57,595 nucleotides of DNA. It comes from Nemertoderma westbladi (taxonomy: Eukaryota; Animalia; Xenacoelomorpha). A program made the translations under genes and the position numbers. The stretch's first letter is position 1. Every line of letters starts with the position of its first letter. The DNA lies in contig JAUCBJ010008786.1 in NCBI GenBank assembly GCA_032718475.1, forward strand, positions 1-57,595. The letters run 5' to 3'. This document shows positions 1-13,113 of this stretch, in pieces. The notes under the pieces are model-generated. The model saw nothing but the letters and a program-made list of their open reading frames with translations, ran no database searches and had not been told where the DNA came from.

Positions 1-649
1 AGTCACAATCGTTATTGGTAACCTTTCTCTCTTACCTTCGGTATATCAAGAATATTGGGTGTCGGGGTTATTTCTCGTTATTCCAATATAATAATTCATC
101 AACCATATTATGAAGAACTGACAGTAAATAGCAGTATAACAATATAAAAGTATGCACAGGTTGTTTGATTAGGTATGATATGTAAGGTCAGTCCGTTAAA
201 GGATATATGTCCTTGTAATTAAACCTACTAGTGTTGAGCTAAAAAGCATAAAACATAAAACACTAAAAGCCGTTCTTTCGTGGCTTTGAAAAACTCGTGA
301 CTACTGCTCTATACGAGGATACCAACTCCCTTATTCCACGAAGCTCCCGTTCAACACAGAGAAAGAGCAGTGAGATAGGAAATTTTCAGTTCAGTGCTCT
401 GTGATAGGTCGAAATCAAGGCTAACTCAAATTCTATTGGGAGATACAACACAAGGCTATGACGCAACCTCCCTAGGCTTGTTGGCCGATTAAACAGAGCC
501 CAGATGCCTGCGTATAGCAAATCAGCCAATAAGCTGGTAACTTGCACTATTTTTAGTTATAGATCACTTTGAGAGTATTCTTAGCGACTGGGGGGGAACT
601 GGCCAACAAGGCAAACTAATCAGTTATCCCACAAAAGCTTTTACATACA

Positions 650-930
650 GTAAAGTAAAAGTAAATTATCTTCGGCCGTTAAGCCAGGGATTATTACTAA
701 ACAAAGTCTGACGATTTATTTCCAGTGCGGTCCCCCCAGAACTAATACTCCCCAGAGGAAACTCCAGTACTCATTTAGCTACCATTTAAGGATGCAAGGC
801 AGATATGCGCCCTGACTAGTCCCTTTAAGGCATTCGTGCCGAAACGAAAACTGCCTTGGCCCCCATGTGGGGATTTAATCCGCGACCTACGAGTTATATG
901 AATTCAATGCAACCACGACACCAAGGTGGG
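650..930 (-). mobile_element. tRNA-derived SINE-like element
   Basis: The - strand reads A-box-like TGGTGTCGTGG and B-box-like GGATTAAATCC. These are followed by a core GCCTTGCATCCTTAAATGGTAGCTAAATGAGTAC, similar to the core of the element at 53345-53582, and a (TTTAC)n-like tail at 650-665. Confidence 0.55.
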
Positions 931-972
931 AGGACCTCGGTCACGTGTGGTCTATTATCAATCATAAGTTTG

Positions 973-3900
973 GACACGAGTTGTCCAGACACGAGTTGTC
1001 CAGACACGAATTGTCCAGACACGAGTTGTCCGGGCTCGAGTTGTACAGACACGAGTTGTCCGGGCACGAGTTGTACAGACACGAGTTGTCCTGACACGAG
1101 TTGTCCTGACATGAGTTATCCTGACACGAGTTGTGCAGACACGAGTTGTCCAGACACGAGTTGTCCAGACATGAGTTGTCCAGACACGAGTTGTCTAGAC
1201 ACGAGTTGTCCAGACACGAGTTGCGCAGACACGAGTTGTCCTGACACGAGTTGTCCTGACATGAGTTGTCCAGACACGAGTTGTCTAGACACGAGTTGCG
1301 CAGACACGAGTTGTCCAGATACGAATTGTCCGGACACGAGTTATCCAGACACGAGTTGTCCAGACACGAGTTGTGCAGACACGAGTTGTCCAGACACGAG
1401 TTGTACAGACACGAGTTCTCCTTGACACGAGTTGTCCTGACACGAGTTGTACAGACACGAGTTCTCCTTGACACGAGTTGTCCTGACACGAGTTGCGCAG
1501 ACACGAGTTGTCCAGACACGAGTTGTACAGACACGAGTTATCCAGACACGAGTTGTCCAGACACGAGTTGTGCAGACACGAGTTGTCCTGACACGAGTTG
1601 CGCAGACACGAGTTGTCCAGATACGAATTGTCGAGACACGAGTTATCCAGACACGAGTTGTCCAGACACGAGTTGTGCAGACACGAGTTGTCCAGACACG
1701 AGTTGTACAGACACGAGTTCTCCTTGACACGAGTTGTCCTGACACGAGTTGTACAGACACGAGTTCTCCTTGACACGAGTTGTTCTGACACGAGTTGCGC
1801 AGACACGAGTTGTACAGACACGAGTTGTACAGACACGAGTTGTCCAGACACGAGTTGTCCAGACACGAGTTGTACAGACACGAGTTGTCTAGACACCAGT
1901 TGTCCAGACACGAGTTGCGCAGACACGAGTTGTCCTGACACGAGTTGTCCTGACACGAGTTGTCCAGACACGAATTGCGCAGACACGAGTTGTCCATACA
2001 CGAGTTGTGCAGACACGAGTTGTCCAGACACAAGTTATCCAGACATGAGTTATCCAGACACGAGCTGTCCAGACAAGAGTTATCCAGACACGAGTTGTCC
2101 GGGCTCGAGTTGTACAGACACGATTTGTCCGGGCACGAGTTGTACAGACACGAGTTGTCCAGACAAGAGTTGTCCAGACACGAGTTGTACAGACGCGAGT
2201 TGTCCAGACACGAGTTGTCCAGACACGAGTTATCCAGACACGAGCTGTCTAAACACGAGTTGTCCAGACAGGAGTTGTCTAGACACGAGTTGCGCAGACA
2301 CGAGTTGTCCAGACACGAGTTATCCAGACACGAGCTGTCCATACACGAGTTGTGCAGACACGAGTTGTCCAGACACAAGTTGTCCAGACACAAGTTGTCC
2401 AGACATGAGTTATCCAGACACGAGCTGTCCAGGCAAGAGTTATCCAGACACGAGTTGTCCGGGCTCGAGTTGTACAGACACGAGTTGTCCGGGCACGAGT
2501 TGTACAGACACGAGTTGTCCAGACAAGAGTTGTCCAGACACGAGTTGTACAGACGCGAGTTGTCCAAACACGAGTTGTCCAGACACGAGTTATCCAGACA
2601 CGAGCTGTCTAAACACGAGTTGTCCAGACACGAGTTGTAATGGCGCGAGTTGTCTAGACACGAGTTGTCCAGATACGAGTTGTCCAGACACGAGTTGTCC
2701 AGACATGAGTTGTCCAGACACGAGTTGTCCAGACACGAGTTGCGCAGACACGAGTAGTCCAGACACGAGTTATCCAGACACGAGCTGTCTAAACATGAGT
2801 TGTCCAGACACGAGTTGTCTAGACACGAGTTGCGCAGACACGAGTTGTCCAGATACGAATTGTCCAGACACGAGTTATCCAGATACGAGTTGTCCAGACA
2901 CGAGTTATCCAGACACGAGTTGTCCAGACACGAGTTGTGCAGACACGAGTTGTACAGACACGAGTTGCGCAGACACGAGTTGTGCAGACACGAGTTGTAC
3001 AGACACGAGTTGCGCAGACACGAGTTGTCCAGATACGAATTGTCCGGACACGAGTTATCCAGACACGAGTTGTCCAGACACGAGTTGTGCAGACACGAGT
3101 TGTCCAGACACGAGTTGTCTAAACATGAGTTGTCCAGACACGAGTTGTCTAGACACGAGTTGCGCAGACACGAGTTGTCCAGATACGAATTGTCCAGACA
3201 CGAGTTATCCAGATACGAGTTGTCCAGACACGAGTTGTGCAGACACGAGTTGTACAGACACGAGTTGCGCAGACACGAGTTGTGCAGACACGAGTTGTAC
3301 AGACACGAGTTGCGCAGACACGAGTTGTCCAGATACGAATTGTCCGGACACGAGTTATCCAGACACGAGTTGTCTAAACATGAGTTATCCAGACACGAGC
3401 TGTCTAAACATGAGTTGTCCAGACACGAGTTGTCTAGACACGAGTTGCGCAGACACGAGTTGTCCAGATACGAGTTGTCTAAACATGAGTTGTCCAGACA
3501 CGAGTTGTCTAGACACGAGTTGCGCAGACACGAGTTGTCCAGATACGAATTGTCCAGACACGAGTTATCCAGATACGAGTTGTCCAGACACGAGTTGTGC
3601 AGACACGAGTTGTACAGACACGAGTTGCGCAGACACGAGTTGTGCAGACACGAGTTGTACAGACACGAGTTGCGCAGACACGAGTTGTCCAGATACGAAT
3701 TGTCCGGACACGAGTTATCCAGACACGAGTTGTCCAGACACGAGTTGTGCAGACACGAGTTGTCCAGACACGAGTTGTCTAAACATGAGTTGTCCAGACA
3801 CGAGTTGTCTAGACACGAGTTGCGCAGACACGAGTTGTCCAGATACGAATTGTCCAGACACGAGTTATCCAGATACGAGTTGTCCAGACACGAGTTGTGC

Positions 3901-6900
3901 AGACACGAGTTGTACAGACACGAGTTGCGCAGACACGAGTTGTGCAGACACGAGTTGTACAGACACGAGTTGCGCAGACACGAGTTGTCCAGATACGAAT
4001 TGTCCGGACACGAGTTATCCAGACACGAGTTGTCTAAACATGAGTTATCCAGACACGAGCTGTCTAAACATGAGTTGTCCAGACACGAGTTGTCTAGACA
4101 CGAGTTGCGCAGACACGAGTTGTCCAGATACGAATTGTCCAGACACGAGTTATCCAGATACGAGTTGTCCAGACACGAGTTGTGCAGACACGAGTTGTAC
4201 AGACACGAGTTGCGCAGACACGAGTTGTGCAGACACGAGTTGTACAGACACGAGTTGCGCAGACACGAGTTGTCCAGATACGAATTGTCCGGACACGAGT
4301 TATCCAGACACGAGTTGTCCAGACACGAGTTGTGCAGACACGAGTTGTCCAGACACGAGTTGTACAGACACGAGTTCTCCTTGACACGAGTTGTCCTGAC
4401 ACGAGTTGTACAGACACGAGTTCTCCTTGACACGAGTTGTCCTGACACGAGTTGCGCAGACACGAGTTGTCCAGACACGAGTTGTACAGACACGAGTTAT
4501 CCAGACACGAGTTGTCCAGACACGAGTTGTGCAGACACGAGTTGTCCTGACACGAGTTGCGCAGACACGAGTTGTCCAGATACGAATTGTCGAGACACGA
4601 GTTATCCAGACACGAGTTGTCCAGACACGAGTTGTGCAGACACGAGTTGTCCAGACACGAGTTGTACAGACACGAGTTCTCCTTGACACGAGTTGTCCTG
4701 ACACGAGTTGTACAGACACGAGTTCTCCTTGACACGAGTTGTTCTGACACGAGTTGCGCAGACACGAGTTGTACAGACACGAGTTGTACAGACACGAGTT
4801 GTCCAGACACGAGTTGTCCAGACACGAGTTGTACAGACACGAGTTGTCTAGACACCAGTTGTCCAGACACGAGTTGCGCAGACACGAGTTGTCCTGACAC
4901 GAGTTGTCCTGACACGAGTTGTCCAGACACGAATTGCGCAGACACGAGTTGTCCAGACACGAGTTATCCAGACACGAGTTGTACAGACACGAGCTGTCCA
5001 TACACGAGTTGTGCAGACACGAGTTGTCCAGACACAAGTTATCCAGACATGAGTTATCCAGACACGAGCTGTCCAGACAAGAGTTATCCAGACACGAGTT
5101 GTCCGGGCTCGAGTTGTACAGACACGATTTGTCCGGGCACGAGTTGTACAGAAACGAGTTGTCCAGACAAGAGTTGTCCAGACACGAGTTGTACAGACGC
5201 GAGTTGTCCAGACACGAGTTGTCCAGACACGAGTTATCCAGACACGAGCTGTCTAAACACGAGTTGTCCAGACAGGAGTTGTCTAGACACGAGTTGCGCA
5301 GACACGAGTTGTCCAGACACGAGTTATCCAGACACGAGCTGTCCATACACGAGTTGTGCAGACACGAGTTGTCCAGACACAAGTTGTCCAGACACAAGTT
5401 GTCCAGACATGAGTTATCCAGACACGAGCTGTCCAGGCAAGAGTTATCCAGACACGAGTTGTCCGGGCTCGAGTTGTACAGACACGAGTTGTCCGGGCAC
5501 GAGTTGTACAGACACGAGTTGTCCAGACAAGAGTTGTCCAGACACGAGTTGTACAGACGCGAGTTGTCCAAACACGAGTTGTCCAGACACGAGTTATCCA
5601 GACACGAGCTGTCTAAACACGAGTTGTCCAGACACGAGTTGTAATGGCGCGAGTTGTCTAGACACGAGTTGTCCAGATACGAGTTGTCCAGACACGAGTT
5701 GTCCAGACATGAGTTGTCCAGACACGAGTTGTCCAGACACGAGTTGCGCAGACACGAGTAGTCCAGACACGAGTTATCCAGACACGAGCTGTCTAAACAT
5801 GAGTTGTCCAGACACGAGTTGTCTAGACACGAGTTGCGCAGACACGAGTTGTCCAGACACGAGTTATCCAGACACGAGCTGTCTAAGCACGAGTTGTCCA
5901 GACACGAGTTGTCCAGACACGAGTTGTCCAGACAAGAGTTGTCCAGACACGAGTTGTCCAGACACGAGTTGTCCAGACACGAGTTATCCAGACACGAGCT
6001 GTCTAAACACGAGTTGTCCAGATACGAGTTATCCAGACACGAGCTGTCTAAACACGAGTTGTTCAGACACGAGTTATCTAGATACGAGTTGCGCAGACAC
6101 GAGTTGTCCAGACACGAGTTGTCCAGAGACGAGTTATCCAGACACGAGTTGTCCAGAGACGAGTTGTCCAGGCACGAGTTGTCCAGACACGAGTTATCCA
6201 GACACGAGCTGTCTAAACACGAGTTGTCCAGACACGACTTATACAGACACGAGTTGTACAGACACGAGTTGCCCAGATACGACTTTTCCAGACACGAGTT
6301 GTCCAGACACGAGTTGTACAGACACGAGTTGTCCAGACACGAGTTGTCCAGACACGAGTTTTCCAGACACGAGTTATCCAGACACGAGTTGTCCAGACAC
6401 GAGTTGTACAGACACGAGTTCTCCAGACACGAGTTATCCAGACACGAGTTGTCTAGACACGAGTTGTGCAGACACGAGTTGTCCAGACACGAGTTGTCCA
6501 GACACGAGTTATCCAGACACGAGTTGTCCAGACACGAGTTGTCCATACACGAGTTGTCCAGACACGAGTTGTCCAGACACGAGTTGTGCAGACACGAGTT
6601 GTACAGACACGAGTTGTCCATACACGAGTTGTCCAGACACGAGTTGTCCAGACACGAGTTATCCAGACACGAGCTGTCTAAGCACGAGTTGTCCAGACAC
6701 GAGTTGTCCAGACACGAGTTGTCCAGACAAGAGTTGTCCAGACACGAGTTGTCCAGACACGAGTTGTCCAGACACGAGTTATCCAGACACGAGCTGTCTA
6801 AACACGAGTTGTCCAGATACGAGTTATCCAGACACGAGCTGTCTAAACACGAGTTGTTCAGACACGAGTTATCTAGATACGAGTTGCGCAGACACGAGTT

Positions 6901-8314
6901 GTCCAGACACGAGTTGTCCAGAGACGAGTTATCCAGACACGAGTTGTCCAGAGACGAGTTGTCCAGGCACGAGTTATCCAGACACGAGCTGTCTAAACAC
7001 GAGTTGTTCAGACACGACTTATACAGACACGAGTTGTACAGACACGAGTTGCCCAGATACGACTTTTCCAGACACGAGTTGTCCAGACACGAGTTGTACA
7101 GACACGAGTTGTCCAGACACGAGTTGTCCAGACACGAGTTTTCCAGACACGAGTTATCCAGACACGAGTTGCGCAGACACGAGTAGTCCAGACACGAGTT
7201 ATCCAGACACGAGCTGTCTAAACATGAGTTGTCCAGACACGAGTTGTCTAGACACGAGTTGCGCAGACACGAGTTGTCCAGATACGAATTGTCCAGACAC
7301 GAGTTATCCAGATACGAGTTGTCCAGACACGAGTTGTCCAGACACGAGTTGTACAGACACGAGTTCTCCTTGACACGAGTTGTCCTGACACGAGTTGTAC
7401 AGACACGAGTTCTCCTTGACACGAGTTGTCCTGACACGAGTTGCGCAGACACGAGTTGTCCAGACACGAGTTGTACAGACACGAGTTGTCTAGACACGAG
7501 TTGTCCAGACACAAGTTGCGCAGGCACGAGTTGTCCTGACACGAGTTGTCCTGACACGAGTTGTCCAGACACGAATTGCGCAGACACGAGTTGTCCAGAC
7601 ACGAGTTATCCAGACACGAGCTGTCTAAACACGAGTTGTCCAGACACGAGTTGTCTAGACACGAGTTGCGCAGACACGAGTTGTCCAGACATGAGTTGTC
7701 CAGACACGAGTTATCCAGACACGAGTTGTCCATACACGAGTTGTGCAGACGAGTTGTCCAGACACAAGTTGTCCAGACACGAGTTATCCAGACACGAGCT
7801 GTCTAAACACGAGTTGTCTAGACACGAGTTGTACAGACACGAGTTGCCCAGCCACGACTTGTCCAGACACGAGTTGCCCAGACACGAGTTTTCCAGACAA
7901 GAGTTGTCCAGACACGAGTTGTCCGGGCACGAGTTGTACAGACACGAGTTGTCCGGGCACGAGTTGTACAGACACGAGTTCTCCTTGACACGAGTTGTCC
8001 TGACACGAGTTGCGCAGACACGAGTTGTCCAGACACGAGTTTTCCAGACACGAGTTATCCAGACACGAGCTGTCAATACACGAGTTGTCCAGACACGAGC
8101 TGTCTAGACACGAGTTGTCTAGACACGAGTTGTCCTGACACGAATTGCGCAGACACGAGTTGTCCAGACACGAGTTGACCAGACACGAGTTATCCAGACA
8201 CGAGCTGTCTAAACACGAGTTGTCCAGACACGGGTTGTAAAGACACGAGTTTTCCAGACACGAGTTGTCCAGACACGAGTTGTCCAGACACGAGTTATCT
8301 ACACACGAGTTTCC
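973..8314. repeat. 15-bp minisatellite/satellite array (consensus GACACGAGTTGTCCA), about 490 units by length, with higher-order duplications
   Basis: Continuous 15-bp periodicity is directly visible. Occasional 16-bp units (GACACGAGTTCTCCTT) shift the frame. Rare variants recur at long offsets, e.g. TGTAATGGCGCGAG near 2636 and 5640. Confidence 0.98.
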
Positions 8315-8751
8315 CGTAAACCAGTCGTCCAGAATTAAGTTTTCTATATTATGTTGCTATGTAGCATACAGTTCATATTGTTCACAATTGTTCAATCTAT
8401 CAGATCATAATCTTATGAAATCACTTCATTTTCTATATTTATTTGAGACAAATTTAATGTATAAATTCTCACAACTATAGTATATTACAGTCAAATCCAT
8501 TATCATTATTGCACGCAATTCGTATATTTGCCTTGTAAATATAACATATAATTATTTGTCGTTTTGTGAAAGATTTACCTGACTGGAGTGGTCCAGACGA
8601 ATTCCACTGCCACTAAATCGTTATGCACACACCAACTAACTAACTACAATGCTTTTATATTCATAATTAATTGTGTAATAATATATTTTACGTGAAATAA
8701 GTCGAGACCTGGATTTTGGTTGTGATGCAAATTTGCTAAACAAAAAAGACA

Positions 8752-9012
8752 CAGGGCGGGGGGGTGGGGGGGGGGGGGTGACTGAACGCAAAACCCGCCT
8801 TGTCGAATTAATATCCCGCCTCAATGTTAAATTATCAATTTAGGGAAAGGATCAGGTTACAGTGGCACGTTATTTTAACCAAAACAATAAACTAAACACA
8901 ATAGAACAGGTTACAGTTTTATTTTTTAGAGTAATCAGCTGTTATTTGCGTCGAATTTCCCCTGGAGAGGGATGAATTTCTCTTCCAGTCCCCCCCCCCC
9001 CCCCCCCCCTAT
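8752..9012. mobile_element. Degenerate copy of the MITE at 12358-12597, with termini expanded into poly-G and poly-C
   Basis: About 180 bp (ACGCAAAACCCGCCTTG...TTTCCCCTGGAGAG) is near-identical to 12378-12562. A G-run lies on the left and a C-run on the right, where the other copy has its TIRs. No clear TSD. Confidence 0.75.
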
Positions 9013-9607
9013 TCGACAAAAAAAAGTCGTGTGCGAAAATATCGGAAACAGATCCACATTTATTTTCAAATCGATACTTGACAGCCGTATTATAGCCAAG
9101 GTACTACCTAGCTTTTAGGGCCACTTGGGCCACTGTTAGTACTCAGGCACTAAGGCCTATTAAAAGAATTAATATAATATTCATTAAAAAAATTATAATA
9201 TACATAATAAAAAAATAGTAATTAAAATTAATTTTTACTATTTTATTGTTTTCATATTAATATCACAATCCCTCTAAAGTCGTGGTTGTCTAACATCATA
9301 TAAGTATAGCCAAGGTAGCCGAGAGCCTTTAAGGATCTGCACGAAAATGTGGAAGTGCTTCAGAAAAAAATAATAAAGGATTGTTGATGAGACGAGAAAT
9401 TGATATCTCGGTTTGACCGCGGTGTCCTTCTATCCTACTGTAGACCAACACACGGCCGCGCCGCTTTAAATAAACTAACTCCATGGTGTACTGTGTCACC
9501 ACAAGTTCAATGTTAATACTGAATGTCTTCTGATTTTATTATAATTGTTTATTGTTTTTACAGGATATAACTTTACCTTCTAATTACGTTGTTAATTAAT
9601 TAATTAG

Positions 9608-9858
9608 GCTCAAATAAAGCCCGGAGAGACAGACACGGACCAGGAAACACCGGCTTTTCCGAGTTTCTCATTTTACGGAGATTTAACCGGGACTTCGAGC
9701 GAATCAACCCACGATAACCCAGACAAACATACGAAGAGGCTGACGCTGACGTTAAAGCGGGTTACGCGGGACATTGATCTGGATTGTACCGCCGAGAAAG
9801 GTGACCCGAGTAAGGAACGGACGCTCTCAGCTACACTCACTGTCACATCCAGCGCAGA
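9608..9858 (+). CDS. Adhesion GPCR internal exon 1 (C-terminal half of an Ig-like domain)
   Basis: A GC-richer open frame after TAG reads AQIKPG...KRLTLTLKRVTRDIDLDCTAEKG...TLSATLTVTSSAE, an Ig E/F/G-strand-like pattern. It ends GA|GTTAGT in phase 2, matching the phase-2 acceptor TTTAG|G at 11839/11840. The 5' boundary is less certain. Confidence 0.7.
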
Positions 9859-10554
9859 GTTAGTAAAGCCTTAGTTATATTAGTGGAAAATTAGTTACAA
9901 CTGTACTGTAGTACAAAATTTGTAACGGGAAACGCAAAAATTGTACGTATTCCTAAATGTTTTTGAGAGTTCTTCAAATATATCGGTTTTTTTTTTGGAA
10001 AAAAGCTGTGCACTCTTAGTTTTTGTACTTTTCTCTCCATGTGGTGCCGGAAATTTGGTGCACGCAGCCTCACTAAAAATGGTGAACTTGTTTATTTTTA
10101 TTAATATTTTATATAAATCTGGATTTTATGTGGAATAATTTTCTAATCTTGAAAAAAATAAGGATACATTTATGGTGCGGTTCTTACGGACATTTTCTAT
10201 TTTATTATTGAACTCAAAATTAAAATTTTAAAACTTTTTTTTTTTCTGAAAGTATAAAAAATTTTTAAATTTGTTCCTCGACTTTTAAACAATAAACAGA
10301 CTTACTGTGCAATAACACTAAGTCATGTTGCGGTTTTCATCATTAAAATTATAACTACAAAGTTATTTGAATTTTCTTGGGAAAATTCAAAATTATATAT
10401 TTGTTCCGGGATATGATTTGTGAAATTTATGATAAAATTCCAGAAATACACTCCTGCAGCATCCAAGGATAGGCACTCCTGCATTGCATGCTGCATTTTT
10501 AAGATTGCTGTGCCGGCTTACAAATACACCCCTAAATCTTGTCAAATTTGGCGC

Positions 10555-11180
10555 TGATGCTGAAGGATTTGTACTAAATAAGTCGGACCTTTCCAGATGC
10601 ACTTACTATGCGCTACAAGTTGCCCAGCTATGTGTGTATGCTCAGCATCCTTTATCCCTGATGTTTTATTGCATTGAGACAATGAAACGCGCGATATAAT
10701 TGCCTATCTGCTTAAAGAAGTCTATGTGTATGTTGGAGTAGAACCCAGTCTGCTCCAACTGTCTGCGGAGCTATTAACACCTTCCTCTGGAGTTTCTGTA
10801 AATGAAGCTCGTCTCGATATGTCAGCAACAGGTTTTTGGATCCGCCACTCCAAGTGATTCTTTGATGTACGGGTATTCTCTACCCTAATACTGAATCCTA
10901 TCTCCCATCCTCCATGAGACAATCTACTATAGAACCAAGAGGCCGAGAAGCGACGTAAATATAATGATAGGGTAGAACGCGCTTTATTTTCTCCCCTCGT
11001 TTTTACCTCTAGCGGAGCTGCTGGTACTGAGTGCAGCCGGTTTTTAACGCATCTAGCCGGCCGTCTGGCGGAGAAGCGTGACTCCACTAATTCATCGGTT
11101 GTACACTGGTTGCGAAGTCGACTTTCCTTCAGCCTATATACTCCGTACAACTGGGCTTTGCCTCCGAGGTCACCGTAGTC
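10555..11180 (+). pseudogene. Decayed 3' fragment of a CRE-like non-LTR retrotransposon (restriction-like endonuclease region)
   Basis: Frameshifted translation gives GFVLNKS..DALTMRY, NETRDIIAYLLKEV..VGVEP, EARLDMSATGFW, FFDVRVF, EAEKRRKYNDRV, FSPLVFTSSG, WLRSRLSFSL and LCLRG. This is the motif order of the C-terminus of CRE-clade elements. It contains stops and indels. Confidence 0.8.
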
Positions 11181-11839
11181 CTCTTCCCTATGCATCCGCG
11201 CCAGCTGAGGATCCGCGACTCACTACCAACTTGTGCCGCCCTTTTTCATAAAGTTTATATTTATTTACTATCCTATAGACTTTAGTTCGAAATACTGTAG
11301 ATAAATAATACTGTGTAGTAGTAACCTTTTACACTTTCTATATCATAGGACTCATAACTAACTCATATTTACATGTTTATATTAAGTTAGTATGTACTAT
11401 TGTAATAAATAAATGTTAAAGTTTAATAATTTTCTCGTGGTAGGCCCGGTAGGTCGAGGCCCCTATTGTTACATTTTATATAGATTTTATTCATTTAATT
11501 AATACTGTAGTACTACACAATTATTAATAGATACAAAATATGTTGGGGACTTGTGTGAAAAATATTGACTTTCGACGAGAGGTAAACATGAATAACAGTC
11601 AGAATAACATAAAATCAACATTATTTGAAAACTGAAAGTAAAGTAGTACCCAGCACTGAATTTGGTAAAAAAATTAACTTAAATATCATAAAAATGATTT
11701 ACAGTAATTTAAAATAATAAGTAATTATGTGTTTTATAAACCAGTTCGGGGTTTGAAAAATGTTATAAAAAATGTTAAAATTAAATTAAATGTTAAATAG
11801 TTTGTCAAATAATTCATTAAATTAATAATTAATGTTTAG

Positions 11840-12080
11840 GTCAGGTCTCCCCGAAGGCGGTGTATGGTGCCCCTCACTGGAGACAGACGACGGCACTAAT
11901 TGGCCCTTTACGAAGGGCGGTAAACAACGGAAGGCTCTGTGTGTCGGAACGAACCTGGTCGGATTCGCTACCAGACGGTGTTCGACGGAGGGGGTCTGGG
12001 CCCCGGTCGATAGTTCGCGTTGTCGGGACGCCGGACAGACTGGTAACGTCGAGGAGAAGATAGAGTCCTCCAGCGATGTG
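11840..12080 (+). CDS. Adhesion GPCR internal exon 2 (hormone-receptor/HRM domain)
   Basis: WCPSLETDDGTNWPFTKGG...ALC...GFATRRCSTEGVWAPVDSSRC has the HRM C-W-C-RxC-GxW-C pattern. The exon is bounded by TTTAG and GTG|GTGAGT (phase 0). Confidence 0.88.
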
Positions 12081-12357
12081 GTGAGTTTCTATTCTTTTCT
12101 ATCGATAAACTCGGCTTCCCGCTCCGTTTTTGGTCTGTTAGTCTTTAGATCCGGCCGCTATTTGTTGCTCAGTTTCCGCGGGTTTTGGGATTTCGCCCGT
12201 TTATATTTCCCGAGGTATTTCCGACAGAGTGCCGGTATGGTAAACTTAATGTTTACGCACCAAAGTTGTGACCTAATAACGAATTATCAAAATATTATTA
12301 AAAATATGAATTACCTCGCAAGAATAGTAGGATTAGTAGGCCTATACGACAACAATA

Positions 12358-12597
12358 GAGACAGCGGGGGAAACTGGACGCAAAACCCGCCTTGGCGAAT
12401 TAATATCCCGCCTCAATGTTAAATTCTTAATTTAGGGAAAGGAGCAGGTTACAGTGGAACGTTATTTTAACCAAAACAATAAACTAAACACAATAAGAAC
12501 AGGTTACAGTTTTATTTTTTAGAGTAATCAGCTGTTATTTGCGTCGAATTTCCCCTGGAGAGACATTTTTATTGCATCCAGTTTCCCCCCCTATCTG
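12358..12597. mobile_element. 240-bp MITE, hAT-like
   Basis: 25-bp TIRs with 3 mismatches (AGACAGCGGGGGAAACTGGACGCAA versus the reverse complement AGATAGGGGGGGAAACTGGATGCAA). There is an 8-bp TSD CAACAATA at 12350-12357 and 12598-12605, and the right end reads CAG on the - strand. Confidence 0.85.
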
Positions 12598-12912
12598 CAA
12601 CAATAATGTTCTAATAAGTTAGATAAACGATCGCAGTCAAGCGATCAAGCGAAATTGAATCATTTTATTGTTAGTATTATTATTTTCTGTTTTTCACATT
12701 GATGTTCTGCTTTTTTAAGAAAAAATATTCAATGCAAATATTAGAAAAATATTTAATTCTATAATAATTATTATAATATTATAACTTAATTCACAGTAAT
12801 TTTATTAATTACGTAAATTCCGTATTAAATAAATCTAAAATCAAAATACATTTTATTATTTAATGGATTTCATTTATTACTTTTTTATTCCGACTCCCCG
12901 TTGTCGTTTCAG

Positions 12913-13113
12913 TTAAGTAATCTCGTCTCCGAGGAGGCCGGTAGCGGAATAGTTCCCGTTGTGGAGAACTTATTGGGTAAAATCGACGGAAACTTGGGCT
13001 CATTGGAGCCAGCGGAGGCGGCCAGTAAGGAAACCTTGGATACCGTCCTCAATGTCCTTAATGAGGTCGGAGACTGGCAGAGTAGACACAACGAGACACC
13101 GCCTACCGATACA
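12913..13113 (+). CDS. Adhesion GPCR internal exon 3 (GAIN subdomain A helices)
   Basis: TTTCAG| acceptor, a 201-nt open frame LSNLVSEE...VVENLLGKI...TLDTVLNVLNEV...TPPTDT, and donor ACA|GTAAGT. Phase 0 at both ends. Confidence 0.85.

Noticed and set aside
795-860. Hammerhead-like ribozyme (CTGA...GGCA-TTCG-TGCC-GAAAC)
   Set aside because: The required CUGAnGA core is not adjacent to stem II, and no stem III or cleavage triplet is evident. The hairpin is better explained as part of a SINE.
856-8480. Long ORFs (DTSCP, RHELS, DNSCL and similar repeats, up to 1100 aa) as Cys-rich or pentapeptide-repeat proteins
   Set aside because: The 15-bp consensus is stop-free in all six frames. The 16-bp units shift frame freely, and there is no unique coding flank.
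9564-9607. Stronger acceptor TTTTTACAG at 9563, or a 24-nt exon plus 20-nt micro-intron
   Set aside because: Direct use gives an in-frame TAA. The micro-intron would need a poor GTTGTT donor and an implausible length. Left unresolved.
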